Assembly: GCF_006345805.1 (NCBI RefSeq)
Contig: NC_043023.1
Span: 5,208,001 to 5,272,000, forward strand
Reading direction: 5' to 3'
DNA length: 64,000 nt
Origin: Octopus sinensis
Lineage: Eukaryota
Position 1 is the first letter of the stretch. Each line of letters opens with the position of its first letter. Below the pieces are notes generated by a model. That model worked only from the letters and a program-made list of their open reading frames with translations. It did no database searches and was not told the DNA's origin. Made by a program: the position numbers and the translations under genes. Below are positions 53,160-64,000 of the stretch, in pieces.

Positions 53160-53595
53160 AACCAAATCAAAATAGATGAACATCAATGGAATATGTATCT
53201 TTGTGGTACCAGTGCCGGTGGCACATAAGAAGACCATCCGTTCGTGGCTGTAGCCAGTACCGCATCGACTGGCCTCCGTGCTGTGGGCATGTAACAAACA
53301 CCATCCGATTGTGGCCGTTCGCCAGCCTCGTCTGGCACCTGTGTCGGTGGCACATAAAAAACACCATCCGAGCATGGCCGTTCGCTAGCCTCGTCTGGCA
53401 CCTGTGTCGGTGGCACATAAAATCACCCACTACACTCTCGGAGTGGTTGGCGTTAGGAAGGGCATCCAGCTGTAGAAACACTGCCAGATCCGACTGGCCT
53501 GGTGCAGCCTTCGGGCTCCCCAGACCCCAGTTGAACCGTCCAACCCATGCTAGCATGGAAAGCGGACGTTAAATGATGATGATGATGATGATGGG
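53160..53595 (+). mobile_element. RTE 3' UTR with (GAT)n tail
   Basis: gagtggttggcgttaggaagggcatccagctgtagaaac...ggaaagcggacgttaaatgatgatg. Confidence 0.85.
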
Positions 53596-54361
53596 TGCGG
53601 TGAATATATTGTTGTCTAGATTACACAAACCGCTAAGTTGCGGGGACGTAAACACACCAGCATCGGTTGTCAAGCGATGTTGGGGGAGCAAACACAGACA
53701 CACAAATATATACACACACATACATATATATGTATATATAGACATATATACGATGGGCTTCTTTCAGTTTCTGTCTACCAAATCCACTCACAAGGCTTTG
53801 GTCGGCCCAAGGCTATAGTAGAAGACACTTGGCCAAGGTGCCATGCAGTGGGACTGAACCCGGAACCATGTGGTTGGTAAGCAAGCTACTTACCACACAG
53901 CCACTCCTGCGCCCGATTGTGTAACTTATTTTCAAAACATAAATGGTGTTGTATTTGCTAATGGTTGAGCAGATTGGAGGCATATAAATTGAACAGTAAA
54001 ATATGAATATATCATATATAATATCGATAAAACCTTGAGAGATGAGAGACCACTGACCAAGTTTGGACCCTTTTCCTTACTCATGAAGGTATTTTATGGG
54101 CAAAGTGTGACTTGAAATGAACTGTTTTGTTAATTCTCATGCAGTCAAATATAATTTTCAGCTCATTATTGACAGAATTGGGTTGTCCAGATTGAGGGGA
54201 ATCTATGAGAGAAAAATTTCTCAAGTGGAAGTCAAACCATCACTGGCATGTCTGGACACTTAAAGCTTCATTTCCATAGACATAATGAATATTTCTTGGT
54301 GCTTCCATTCCAGAAGAGCTTTTGGATGCAGTGTCTGATATGGATCTGATCTAAATTTATA

Positions 54362-55084
54362 TTAACCCTTTTAATACCAACCTGGCTGAAACCACCTCTG
54401 GCTTTGTAGTACAAATGTTTTGCTTTCATAAGTTTTGAATTAAAATCTTCCACCAAACCTTAGTCACAATTTATGTTGCTAACACTAGTTTAATGATAAC
54501 TAAGTTATTTTACTAAATTCTTTATTATATTTAGAATTAATTGAAAGAAACAGAACATCTCAACAGAAATATGGTAACAAAAGGATTAAGATATATAACA
54601 GAGAAACAATTCTTAACCCTTTTGGTACCAACCCCGCTGAAACCGCCTCTGGCTCAGTAATGCAAATGTCTTGTTTCTATAAGTTTTGAGTTAAAATCTT
54701 CCACCAAACCTTAGTCACAATTTATGTTCCTAACACTAGCTGAATGATAACTAAGGTATTTTACTAAATTCTTTGTTGTATTTAAAATTAATTGTAAGAA
54801 ACACAAAGCATCTCAAAATAAACAAGTAATAAAAGTGTTAAAGTCACCATGATATTTTAACCCTTTTGATATAAATCTGGCTGAAACTGGCTCTGGCTCT
54901 GTAGTACAAATGTCTTGCTTTCATAAATTTTGAATTAAAGTCTCCCACCAAACCTTAGTCACAATTTATGTTTCTAACACTAGATGAATGATAACTAAGT
55001 TATTTTACCAAATTCTTTGTTATCTTTAAAATAAATTGAAAGAAAAAGAGCATCTCAAAATAAATACGGTAACGAAAGGGTTAA
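54362..55084. mobile_element. Three adjacent ~225-bp TTAA-flanked MITEs (piggyBac-type ends)
   Basis: Copies 54362-54589, 54613-54841, 54857-55084; TTAA|CCCTTT ... AAAGGG|TTAA clearest in third copy. Confidence 0.75.
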
Positions 55085-55131
55085 AAGAGTAGACAAAGAT
55101 AGGGAATAAGATACCAATTTAAGTACATTAC

Positions 55132-55350
55132 CTGCAATATCAGCCTCAAGGAGCAGAACACTGGCAGCAGGTGTAATACTCCTGGACCTTGTAAGGAGTT
55201 CCAACACACAGAGTAGTGTCCCAGTTTGCAGTGATTCCTTCCTGTTTTGTAGTAGAGATTTGAATGCTGACCCAAGGCTTGATCCCTTCAACCTCAGCTG
55301 TACAACAAATTGGAGGAATGAATTCTCGACCAACAACACTCTTACCATTT
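55132..55350 (-). CDS. MEI1: MEI1-like coding exon (219 nt, phase 1-1)
   Basis: tttcag| (E)MVRVLLVENSFLQFVVQLRLKGSSLGSAFKSLLQNRKESLQTGTLLCVLELLTRSRSITPAASVLLLEADIA |gtaatg; matches recalled vertebrate MEI1 LLRQLL...SLPLVLKKLLLSRDETLQ...C...ADIP. Confidence 0.8.
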
Positions 55351-55459
55351 CTGAAATTTGGACAAAAGGGTCATATTGGAACAGTAGCATGAGTAGGTGA
55401 GAAAGGGTCTAATCTCAGGTAACATTTTTATTGGATCAGCAATTTGAGGTCTACTGTAT

Positions 55460-55760
55460 AAGACCGTGGCTTAGTGGTTAGAGTATTTAGCTCACAATCG
55501 TAAGGTTACGAGTTCAATTCCCAGAGGTGCATTGTGTCCTTGAGCAAGACAATTTATTTCACATTGCTCCTGTCCACTCCACTGGCAAAAATGAGGGCCA
55601 GCTTGGTTACATCCTGTGTTATGCTGAAGCACCCTGAGAACAACATTAAGGGTATGCATATCTGTGGAGTACCCAGCCACTTGCATGTTAATTTCATGAG
55701 CAGGCTGTTCTATTAATCAGATCAACTGGAACCCACATCATCATAACCGATGGAGTGCCA
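55460..55760 (+). mobile_element. CORE-like tRNA SINE (family C)
   Basis: cgtggcttagtggttagagtatt...gagttcaattccc...tgtgtccttgagcaagacaatttatttcacattgctcc. Confidence 0.75.
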
Positions 55761-55778
55761 CCACATAAGACTGTATAA

Positions 55779-56007
55779 GGCGGCGAGCTGGCAGAAACGT
55801 TAGCATGCTGGCGAAATGCTTAGTGGTATTTCATCTGCCGTTACGTTCTGAGTTCAAATTCTGCTGAGGTTGACTTTGCCTTTCATCCTTTCAGGGTTGA
55901 TTAAATAAGTACCAGTTACACACTGGGGTCGATGTAATCGATTTAATCCCTTTGTCTGTCCTTGTTTGTCCCCTCTATGTTTAGTCCCTAGCAGGTAGTA
56001 AAGAAAT
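55779..56007 (+). mobile_element. SINE family B, full length
   Basis: aaggcggcgagctggcagaaacgttagc...ggtagtaaagaaata. Confidence 0.9.
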
Positions 56008-57111
56008 ATGTATAAGCTTGGGAGGAGGACAGTAAACTCAAGGGTTGCTTTAGATGGCACACACTGTAGCTACATGATTGGCTCATAACATTAAACCCTT
56101 TTGATACCAAATTGCCTCAGATTGCCCCTGGCTTTTCCAGACCAACTTTGTGTTTCAAAGTGTTCTTTCATCAAAATTTCACATTAATTTGTTTTCTAAA
56201 AACCCTATTTAATAAGGACAAAGTTATCAAGTACCACCACTGCTTGATAATGGGAGTTGGTTCGTTTAAGTACCTGTAACTTAGCAGTTTTCCAAAAGAG
56301 ACTGATAGAATAGGTATCAGACTTGAAAAGTAAGTACTAGGGTTGGTTTATTTGACTAAACTCCACTTATTCAAACAAGTAAAAGATGACAGATTGCTGG
56401 ATCTCGGCAGGCCCACACTGACCAGTGAGAATGATGTCATGAAAAAGTTCTTTTGCAAGTAAACGCTTGTAGAAGAGACTTGAGTGATATCCTGAGAAGG
56501 AAGGATTGAATGTAGTGAATAATGTGGGGCAGATGGGATGGGGGTTGGGTGGAATAAGGGCGATGGGAAGTATGGTTGTGTGGTAAGAAGTTTGCTTCCA
56601 AACCATATGGTTCTGTGTTCAGTCCCACTGCATGGCACTTTGGGCAAGTGTCTTCTACTACAGCCTCAGGCCAACCAAAGCCTTGTGAGTGGATTTGGTA
56701 GACAGAAACTGAAAGAAGCTCGTAGTATGTGTGTGTCTTTGTGTCTGTTTGTCCTCCACTACTACTTGAAAATTGGTGTTGGTATGTTTACATCCCTGTA
56801 ACTTAGTGGTTCAGTAAAAGGTACAAAAAATCAGCTGAAGCAAGAAATGTCATAAAACAGAGAGTGGATGAGAACAGTGTACCCTCATGGATCAAATAAA
56901 GGGTTAGGTTTGAAATTCCAACACAACAACTGGGTTTAACTCAAGACACCTGAAGATGGCTTGAATGTCCAACAGCCAAAATGTAGTGAAAGTAACAATC
57001 AAGATGAGGACAGCAGTCTGACTAATATAAACAGTAGACATAAGAAAAGGCCATCATTGACGTGAGAATATGTTTTACTTTTTCTTATCAAGACATGGAG
57101 AAAACAATATA

Positions 57112-57513
57112 CTCTTTACTCTTTTACTTGTTTCAGTCATTTTGACTGCGGCCACGCTGGAGCACCACCTTTAGTCAAGCAAATCGACCCCAGGGCTTAT
57201 TCTTTGTAAGCCTAGTACTTATTCTATTAGTTTCTTTTGCCGAACCGCTAAGTTACAGGGACGTAAACACACCACCATCGGTTGTCAAGCGATGTTGGGG
57301 GAGGACAAACACAGACACATAAACATACATATACATATACATATATACGACGGGCTTCTTTCAGTTTCTGTCTACCAAATCCACTCACAAGGCTTTGGTT
57401 GGCCCGAGGCTATAGTAGAAGACACTTGCCAAAGGTGCCACACAGTGGGACTGAACCCAGAACTATGTGGTTGGTAAGCAAGCTACTTACCACACAGCCA
57501 CTCCCATTGCGCC
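57112..57513 (-). mobile_element. SINE family A, near full length
   Basis: Reverse complement of family A consensus. Confidence 0.9.
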
Positions 57514-58277
57514 CATGTGAAATACATTATAATAATGTTGGTGGTAATGATGATGATGAGAATGATGATGATAATTGCAGTAATGATGATAGCAATGATG
57601 ACAAAAGTAATGGCAGATGACAACAAAAGTGATGAAAACAACAATAGGTGAAGTGATAACAATGAGGAGTGATGCTAATAACAGGAGTGTGGTGATGACA
57701 ATGGAGAGTAATAGTGACAATGGGGAGTGGTGATGACAATGGATATGGCAATAACAACAGCGATAATGATGACAATTGGATGTGATGATGATAGTGAGTA
57801 TTAAGATAACGAAAGTGATGATTCTGTTGTGTCTGGGGAGAGTCATTTTCTTTTTGTGCCTTATTATGTAACACAACATACAGCTCAAGGACACAACATA
57901 CAGCCTGGTCCCGGAATCGAACTCACTACCTCATGATTTTGAGCACAATGCTCTAACCACTGGTAAAATTTCCACTTATTTCTTATTTTTATTTTCCTAA
58001 AATTTTCGTTGCGTCTTGCAACCTTTTCAATAGTCTTGACTCTGTCCGTTATTTACACTGCGTTCCCTTTTGTTTGTTTGTGCGCATGTGTGTGGGTCAG
58101 TGTGTGTGTGTGTGTGTGCCTATGCATGCATGCATGTACGTATGTATGTGTGTATGTATGCATGTGTATGTATGTATATATATGTGTGTGTGTGTGTGTG
58201 TGTGCCTATGCATGCATGCATGTACATATGTATGTGTGTATGTATGCATGTGTATGTATGTATGTGTGTGTGTGTGT

Positions 58278-58320
<43 letters not shown>

Positions 58321-58596
58321 ATCTGTATGTATGTATCCTGTATATTCATGTCCTTGCATGTCCGTGTTTGTGTATTTTCTATGTATGTGTGTGTGTGAGC
58401 GTGTGTTTGTATATGTATGCACCTCTGTCTCCTTGTGTGTGCATGTCTGTGTGTGTTATGCAACTATGTACCATGTTTGTATGTATTGATGGATGTGCAT
58501 CTCTATATGTGTGGATCCATGTCTCCATATGTGTCCTTGTGTGTGTATATACGATCATGTGTGTCAGTCTCCATTTGCGTATGTGTGCAGACTTAC

Positions 58597-58800
58597 CTAA
58601 AACATTGCACAAGAGGGGAACTGATGATGATGAGCTAAGAATGACGATGATGGCTTGGGCTAGCTGGCATTGGTAGTCAGTGAGAAGTGATGGTCTGATA
58701 GTAGGGTCCTTGACCAACAGAACTACTATATAGAGTGCAGCCAACTGGACATCAGTGTTAGGGTGAACAAGGGAAGCAGCCAGGCAGGGTATGGTATTGT
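58597..58800 (-). CDS. MEI1: MEI1-like coding exon (204 nt, phase 1-1)
   Basis: Long pyrimidine tract + cacag| (N)NTIPCLAASLVHPNTDVQLAALYIVVLLVKDPTIRPSLLTDYQCQLAQAIIVILSSSSSVPLLCNVL |gtaagt; colinear with recalled vertebrate NLMEHLLRGLVYPSEGIQ...ELQINCL; splices in frame to both neighbours. Confidence 0.85.
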
Positions 58801-59099
58801 CTGTGAAGTAACAATAATGAAGAAAGGAATAGAAATGTGTGTGTGGTAAAAATCAAAAAAAAAAACGCACAGTGAACTTGGCATGAGGTGTGGAAAAACC
58901 AGTGTTTCAGAGACAACAGCCCTTCTTCAGGAAAAAGTTGAAAGGAATGAAATTAATGAGAGCTGTCTCGTTAATTTCACCCCTTTAAATTTTTTCCTGA
59001 AGAAGGGCTGTTGTCTGAAATGTTAGATTTTCCATTCCCCACAGCAATTCCACAGTATTCTTTTTATTGATTTTACTATATGTATATATAAAAGGGGTA

Positions 59100-59345
59100 A
59101 ATACCCCCCCTTTGGTCATGAGTGACCATGGAATTGCACCTAGAAAGTTCCCCTCCAAGGCACAAGTCTGGGAAAGGTGGTTTATGGAAGACCAGCACTT
59201 GCTCATGCATACCAGCCTCCCCTCTCCATGCCACTGATGTTATCCAAGGGAAAGGCAAAGGGGCCGATACAGCTTGGCACCAGTGACGTTGCAACTCATT
59301 TCTACAGCTGAGTGAACTGGAGCAATGTGAAACAAAGTGTCTTGG
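59100..59345 (-). mobile_element. SINE family C 3' part
   Basis: Nearly same sequence as 21440-21680. Confidence 0.8.
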
Positions 59346-59472
59346 AGGAATTTGAACTCAGAACATAGTGATGGGCAAAATACTGCTAAGCAGTCCACCA
59401 CTTTAACTACTACTGATGATGATGATGATAATAATAATGATAATAATAATATTAACAATAATAATAATAATG

Positions 59473-59514
<42 letters not shown>

Positions 59515-59534
59515 TTAATAATAATAATAACTCT

Positions 59535-59980
59535 CATGGCTTCTGATCTTAGCTGATTGGGAGTGTTATCATGTACATTGTTTTGTCTTGGTATAAAAGA
59601 TGGGCTACAGCAAATATTCTGCTCAATACCACAGATTTGCTTGTCAGTTGTTTGACCGTAACCAGTTGACCATGTCCCTTAGTGGCTGACGATATGTGTG
59701 TCTCTGATCACGAGCAGAAGTAGTGGGGGAACATAGCTATGTGTTGAGAGTGAATCTTTATGGCTTGAATAATTCACCTTTGAAAACATGAGTGGTTCAT
59801 TCAACATCCTTAAACAACACTTATTCGGGAACCTTTTGAGCTGGATGTGCTACTCGACCAGAAGAAAATTCTAACTGGGCCTGACCTGCAAGGTCATGCA
59901 CTGTTTATCTTGATATGAGATCACCATGCTCTCTCACTCAATAATAATAATAATAATAATATAATAATAATAATAATAAT
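59535..59980 (+). mobile_element. LINE-like 3' end with (AAT)n tail
   Basis: Repeat-like segment between two (AAT)n tracts; clade not determined. Confidence 0.45.
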
Positions 59981-59994
59981 AATGTCATACTTAC

Positions 59995-60103
59995 TGTAGT
60001 AACGATAGTATGTTTTGTGTAAGTCTGTCAAAGTGTCCAACAGTCGTCCCAGCAACACAATAATTGGTAGGCATTTCTCTACGTTAGAATTGTTGTTCAC
60101 AAT
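59995..60103 (-). CDS. MEI1: MEI1-like coding exon (109 nt, phase 0-1)
   Basis: ttctaatactgtcag| IVNNNSNVEKCLPIIVLLGRLLDTLTDLHKTYYRYY |gtaagt; LLGRLLD matches recalled vertebrate LLGKLVD. Confidence 0.8.
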
Positions 60104-60176
60104 CTGACAGTATTAGAAATAGACAAACATATATATATAACTAAGTGTAGTTTTTTTATAGGTGTTAAAATGTGTA

Positions 60177-60540
60177 TCTCTCTATATATAAACGGCAGTT
60201 TGTCTGTGTGTGTTTCTGTGTGTCTGTTAGGTTGTACCCTCACCCTGACCACGGCTTTCAACCGATTCTGATGAAACTTGACACACACATAGCCCAATGT
60301 CATAATTCAAAACTAATGCAGCAAAAATTTTGAAAAGTTCCCCCAGTTCTGAAAAAAATTGATAAATTCGACATGGGGTCGAGAATCAGAAACACAAACT
60401 GTTTAGGGGGACGCAACTCGACCTTTTTAACTAAAAAAAATTTACCATCATTTTTTTTCCATTTTTTGGCTATAACTCTCTAAAAATGCTTTATAGTTAT
60501 TTCCCTTACAAACCCGAGCAACGCTGGGTGATACTGCTAG
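60177..60540 (+). mobile_element. Non-autonomous Helitron, complete ends
   Basis: A|TC 5' end, subterminal hairpin acccgagcaacgctgggt, CTAG|T 3' end (AT target, no TSD). Confidence 0.85.
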
Positions 60541-60832
60541 TTGTACAATACAGATGAGATGATATTTTTTCAAACACAGAATTGCCATTAGAACTGGGTA
60601 AATTACCCTTACAAAGAGGAAAAAATTGTCAACAGTCATGGAACTCAAACCCACATCCCTCAAGACTTCAGCACAGTGCTTTAGCATTAAGCTAAACAGG
60701 CCACTGACAAATTTTTCCACTTTGTAAGGGTAATACTGGGTAAATTACCCAGTATTTCTGCTGTTCTAATGGCAATTCTGAATTCAAAAAAATATCAACT
60801 TACAATATATATCAACCTTACAATATATATTA

Positions 60833-61190
60833 CTCTTTTACTTGTTTCAGTCATTTGACTGTGACCATGCTGGAGCACCACCTTTAGCCGAGCAAACTGA
60901 CCCCAGGACTTATTCTTTGTAAGCTCAGTACTTATTCTATCGGGGACGAAAACACACCACCATCAGTTGTCAAACGATGTTACGAGACAAACAAAGACAC
61001 ACAAATATACACACACATACATATATATAAACATATACGACAGGCTTCTTTCAGTTTCCGTCTACCAAATCCACTCACAAGGCTTTGATTGGCCCGAAGC
61101 TATAGTAGAAAACAAGGTGCCATGCAGTGGGACTGAACCCGGAACCATGTGGTTGATAAGCAAGCTACTTACTACACAGCCACTCCTGCC
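60833..61190 (-). mobile_element. SINE family A with internal deletions
   Basis: Reverse complement of family A. Confidence 0.85.
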
Positions 61191-61291
61191 CCCCTATATA
61201 TATATATATACATACATATATATATATATGAGTTAGAGCTGTTTAAACCCTCTAAGGGATAGATGTATCCAGAGGCACTCCTGGTAATTAC

Positions 61292-61358
61292 CTCAGTATG
61301 TATGGTTCTTGTTATAAGGCGTATGGTAGCAGGTAATTTAAAGGTAAACCGTAGTTTA

Positions 61359-61365
<7 letters not shown>
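61292..61365 (-). CDS. MEI1: Probable MEI1 exon (74 nt, phase 1-0) lacking a canonical acceptor
   Basis: (V)YIKLRFTFKLPATIRLITRTIHTE|gtaatt aligns gap-free with recalled vertebrate [25 protein letters not shown]; phase 0 joins 60103; upstream is (TA)n with no AG. Confidence 0.55.
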
Positions 61366-61393
<28 letters not shown>

Positions 61394-61852
61394 CATACAC
61401 CCACATACAGGGGACAAAGTACTGAAGGATGAGCTCAGGATGCTGAACCTTTCAGATAAAAAAGGACCATATACGTCAGGCACCTTGCTGTACTCCCTTT
61501 GTGAAGAGGCCTGACCTGCAAAAGTCCTGTGCTTTGTAAAAGCACCCAGCACACTCTGTAAAGTGGTTGGCATTAGGAAGGGCATCCAGCCTTAGAAACC
61601 ATGACTAGAGCCTGGTGCAGCTCTCCAGCTTGCCAGCTCTGGTCAAATCATTCAACCCATGCCGGCATGGACAGTGGATATTAAATGATGATGATACACA
61701 CACACGGACAACAGATGAGATCCAAAGATGCTCAATATAGAGGACACTTTGTAGCTCTCAAATGATTTGAAGTAATTAGAGAGAAGGCAAAGGCTGCAAA
61801 TATTCAGATGATGAACATTCATGAATAAGTATAAAGATATTTATATATTATT

Positions 61853-62071
61853 TCTTTACTGCCCACAAGGGGCTAAACAAAGAGAGGACAAACAAGGACA
61901 GACAAAGGGATTAAGTCGATTATATTGACCCCAGTGTGTAACTGGTACTTATTTAATCGACCCCGAAAGGATGAAAGGCAAAGTCGACCTCGGTGGAATT
62001 TGAACTCAGAACCTAAAGACAAACGAAATACTGCTAAGCATTTTGCCCGGCGTGCTAACGTTTCTGCCAGC
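61853..62071 (-). mobile_element. SINE family B
   Basis: Reverse complement of 55779 copy. Confidence 0.9.
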
Positions 62072-63546
62072 TATATTATTAACAGAGCAGATTTACACAG
62101 TGTACAAAAGACACAGAAAACTATATATATATATATATATATATGTGTGGGTGTCTTTGTGTCTGTGTTTGTCTCCTAACACTGCTTGACAACTGGTGTT
62201 GGTTTGTTTACATCCCTAGAGCTTTCAGAAAAAGAGACTGATAAAATAAATATGAGGCTTTAAAAAATAAATCTGGGGGCTCTGAATTATGTAATAATGT
62301 TAGCAGATGCAGTTTGCAAAAATTCAAGAATCTGCGACCGGTGGCAGATGCATATAAACATTAGGTAAATCTGGCCTCTGATTTCAGGGTAGAAAATCTT
62401 TTACACATAGTCACAGGTGTGGCTGTGTATTAAGAAGCTTGCTTCCTAACCACATGGTTCTGGGTTCAGTCCCACTGTGTGGAACCTTGGACAAGTGTCT
62501 TCTACTATGGTCTTGGGCCAATTGGGCCTTATGAGTGGATTTGGTAGACAGAAATTGAAAGAAGACCGTCATGTCATCAGCATCAACATTGTTTAACGTC
62601 TGCCTTCTATGCTGGTATGGGTCGGGTGATTAGACAGGAGCTGGCCAGGTAGAAAACTACACCAGGCTACTGTGTCTGTTTTGGCAGGGTTTTTATGGCT
62701 GGATGCCCTTCCTAACACCAATCACTCTGCAGAGTCAACTGAGTGCTTCTTGCATGGCACCAGCACAAGTGAAGTCAGTTTTGGCATGGTTGTTACAGTT
62801 GGATATTTATGCATACGTACTTACATGTGTGTCTGTGTCCCCCAACCTTCTGACAACCAATATCAGTGTGTTTTATATCTCTGTTACTTAGCAGTTCAGC
62901 AAAAGTGACCGATAGAATAAGTACTAGGCTTACAAAGAATAAATCCTGGGTTTGGTTTCTTGAACTAAAACCCTTTAAGTTGGAGCTCCAGCATGGCTTA
63001 AGTCTAATGATTGAAACAAGTAACAGAATAACAGAATAACAAACATCAGCAAAAGTTCTTGAATGGCTTTCATGTTGTTTGATATCATTCACAGCAATGA
63101 ATCTCAAATATTTCCAATAGCATTTATAATGTGAATTTCCCACTGAACTCATTTAGCATTCATAGCATCTTGTATTACACGATCAACAGTGATCTTGATA
63201 TAATTAACGTTGAACACAGCAATTACCCTGTTGCAAAAATTATCTTCGTAAGACACAGGGATTGGCTGTGTGGTAAAAGAGTTTGCTTCCCAACCACATG
63301 GCTCTGGGTCCAGTCCCACTGCATGGTATCTTGGGCAAGTGTCTACTATAGCCTTGAGCTGATTAAAGCCTCATGAGCAGATTTATTAGATGGCAACTGA
63401 AAGGAGCTCGTTTATATATATATATATATATATAATATATATATATATGTAAACATAATAAAATAAGGTAATAATAGATTATTATTACCAGTGGCCTAGC
63501 ACAAAAAACGAATTAGTCATTAGACTATATATTATTCACATAGAAA

Positions 63547-63701
63547 TACAATAAGAGGCTTCCAAATAGGAAAGCGTTGTGCTAGAAAGAGCAGTAGAAA
63601 TCTCAAGACCACAAAAAAAAAGTGAATTTATTCTTTTTTATGTGGTCTTGAGATTTCTACTGCTCTTTCTAGCACAACGCTTTTCTATTTGGAAGCCTCT
63701 T

Positions 63702-63707
<6 letters not shown>
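63547..63707. repeat. Fold-back element, ~67-bp arms with one mismatch
   Basis: 63547-63613 vs 63641-63707. Confidence 0.95.
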
Positions 63708-63742
<35 letters not shown>

Positions 63743-64000
63743 TTGTGTGTGTGTGTGTGTATACTATATATATGTAGGTGGGTGTCTTTGTGTCTGTGTT
63801 TGTCTCCTAACACTGCTTGACAACTGGTGTTGGTTTGTTTACATCCCTATAGCTTTCAGAAAAAGAGACTGATAAAATAAATATGAGGCTTTAAAAAATA
63901 AATCCTGTGGTTGATTCATTCAACTATAAATTCTTCAAGGTGGTGCCCCAGCATGGCTGCAGTCTAAAGACTAGAACAAATAAGAGGTAAAAGATACATG

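Noticed and set aside
54081-54202. Phase-1 exon candidate with strong acceptor and GTAAGG donor just after the MEI1 exon
   Set aside because: Ends in an in-frame TGA and lacks similarity to the expected sequence; at most a poison/pseudo-exon
56423-56491. Extra phase 1-1 MEI1 exon (YHSSLFYKRLLAKELFHDIILT)
   Set aside because: 58597 and 55350 already join colinearly with the vertebrate protein; no room for it, though an alternative exon cannot be excluded
56945-56990. Hammerhead at ctgaagatggct...agccaaaatg
   Set aside because: GAAA and helix III are mutated; decayed pLTR remnant
376-63400. tRNA genes
   Set aside because: tRNA-like A/B boxes all continue into SINE bodies; no cloverleaf with acceptor stem and terminator found

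Overview
Eukaryotic, very AT- and microsatellite-rich DNA. The SINE/RTE/Penelope repeat families look like those of an octopus (coleoid cephalopod); this is pattern recognition, not a database match. The only host gene I can support is a minus-strand MEI1 (meiosis inhibitor 1) homologue: three well-formed, phase-compatible exons (60103-59995, 58800-58597, 55350-55132) and a probable fourth (61365-61292) whose 3' splice site seems replaced by a (TA)n run. The rest is repeat: a ~13.3 kb array of a 106-bp satellite (~126 copies, local higher-order periodicity), Penelope-like elements (RT + GIY-YIG), RTE and CR1/L2-type LINE fragments, several tRNA-derived SINE families, a non-autonomous Helitron, TTAA-flanked MITEs, many fold-back hairpins in (TA)n tracts, and one 100-N gap. 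Most notable: a 357-nt tandem, highly structured unit with two minimal type-I hammerhead ribozymes (retrozyme/circRNA-like, 3152-3772), a separate canonical hammerhead at 14458-14511, and the MEI1 acceptor anomaly. Most ORFs in the supplied track are artefacts of microsatellites or the satellite.
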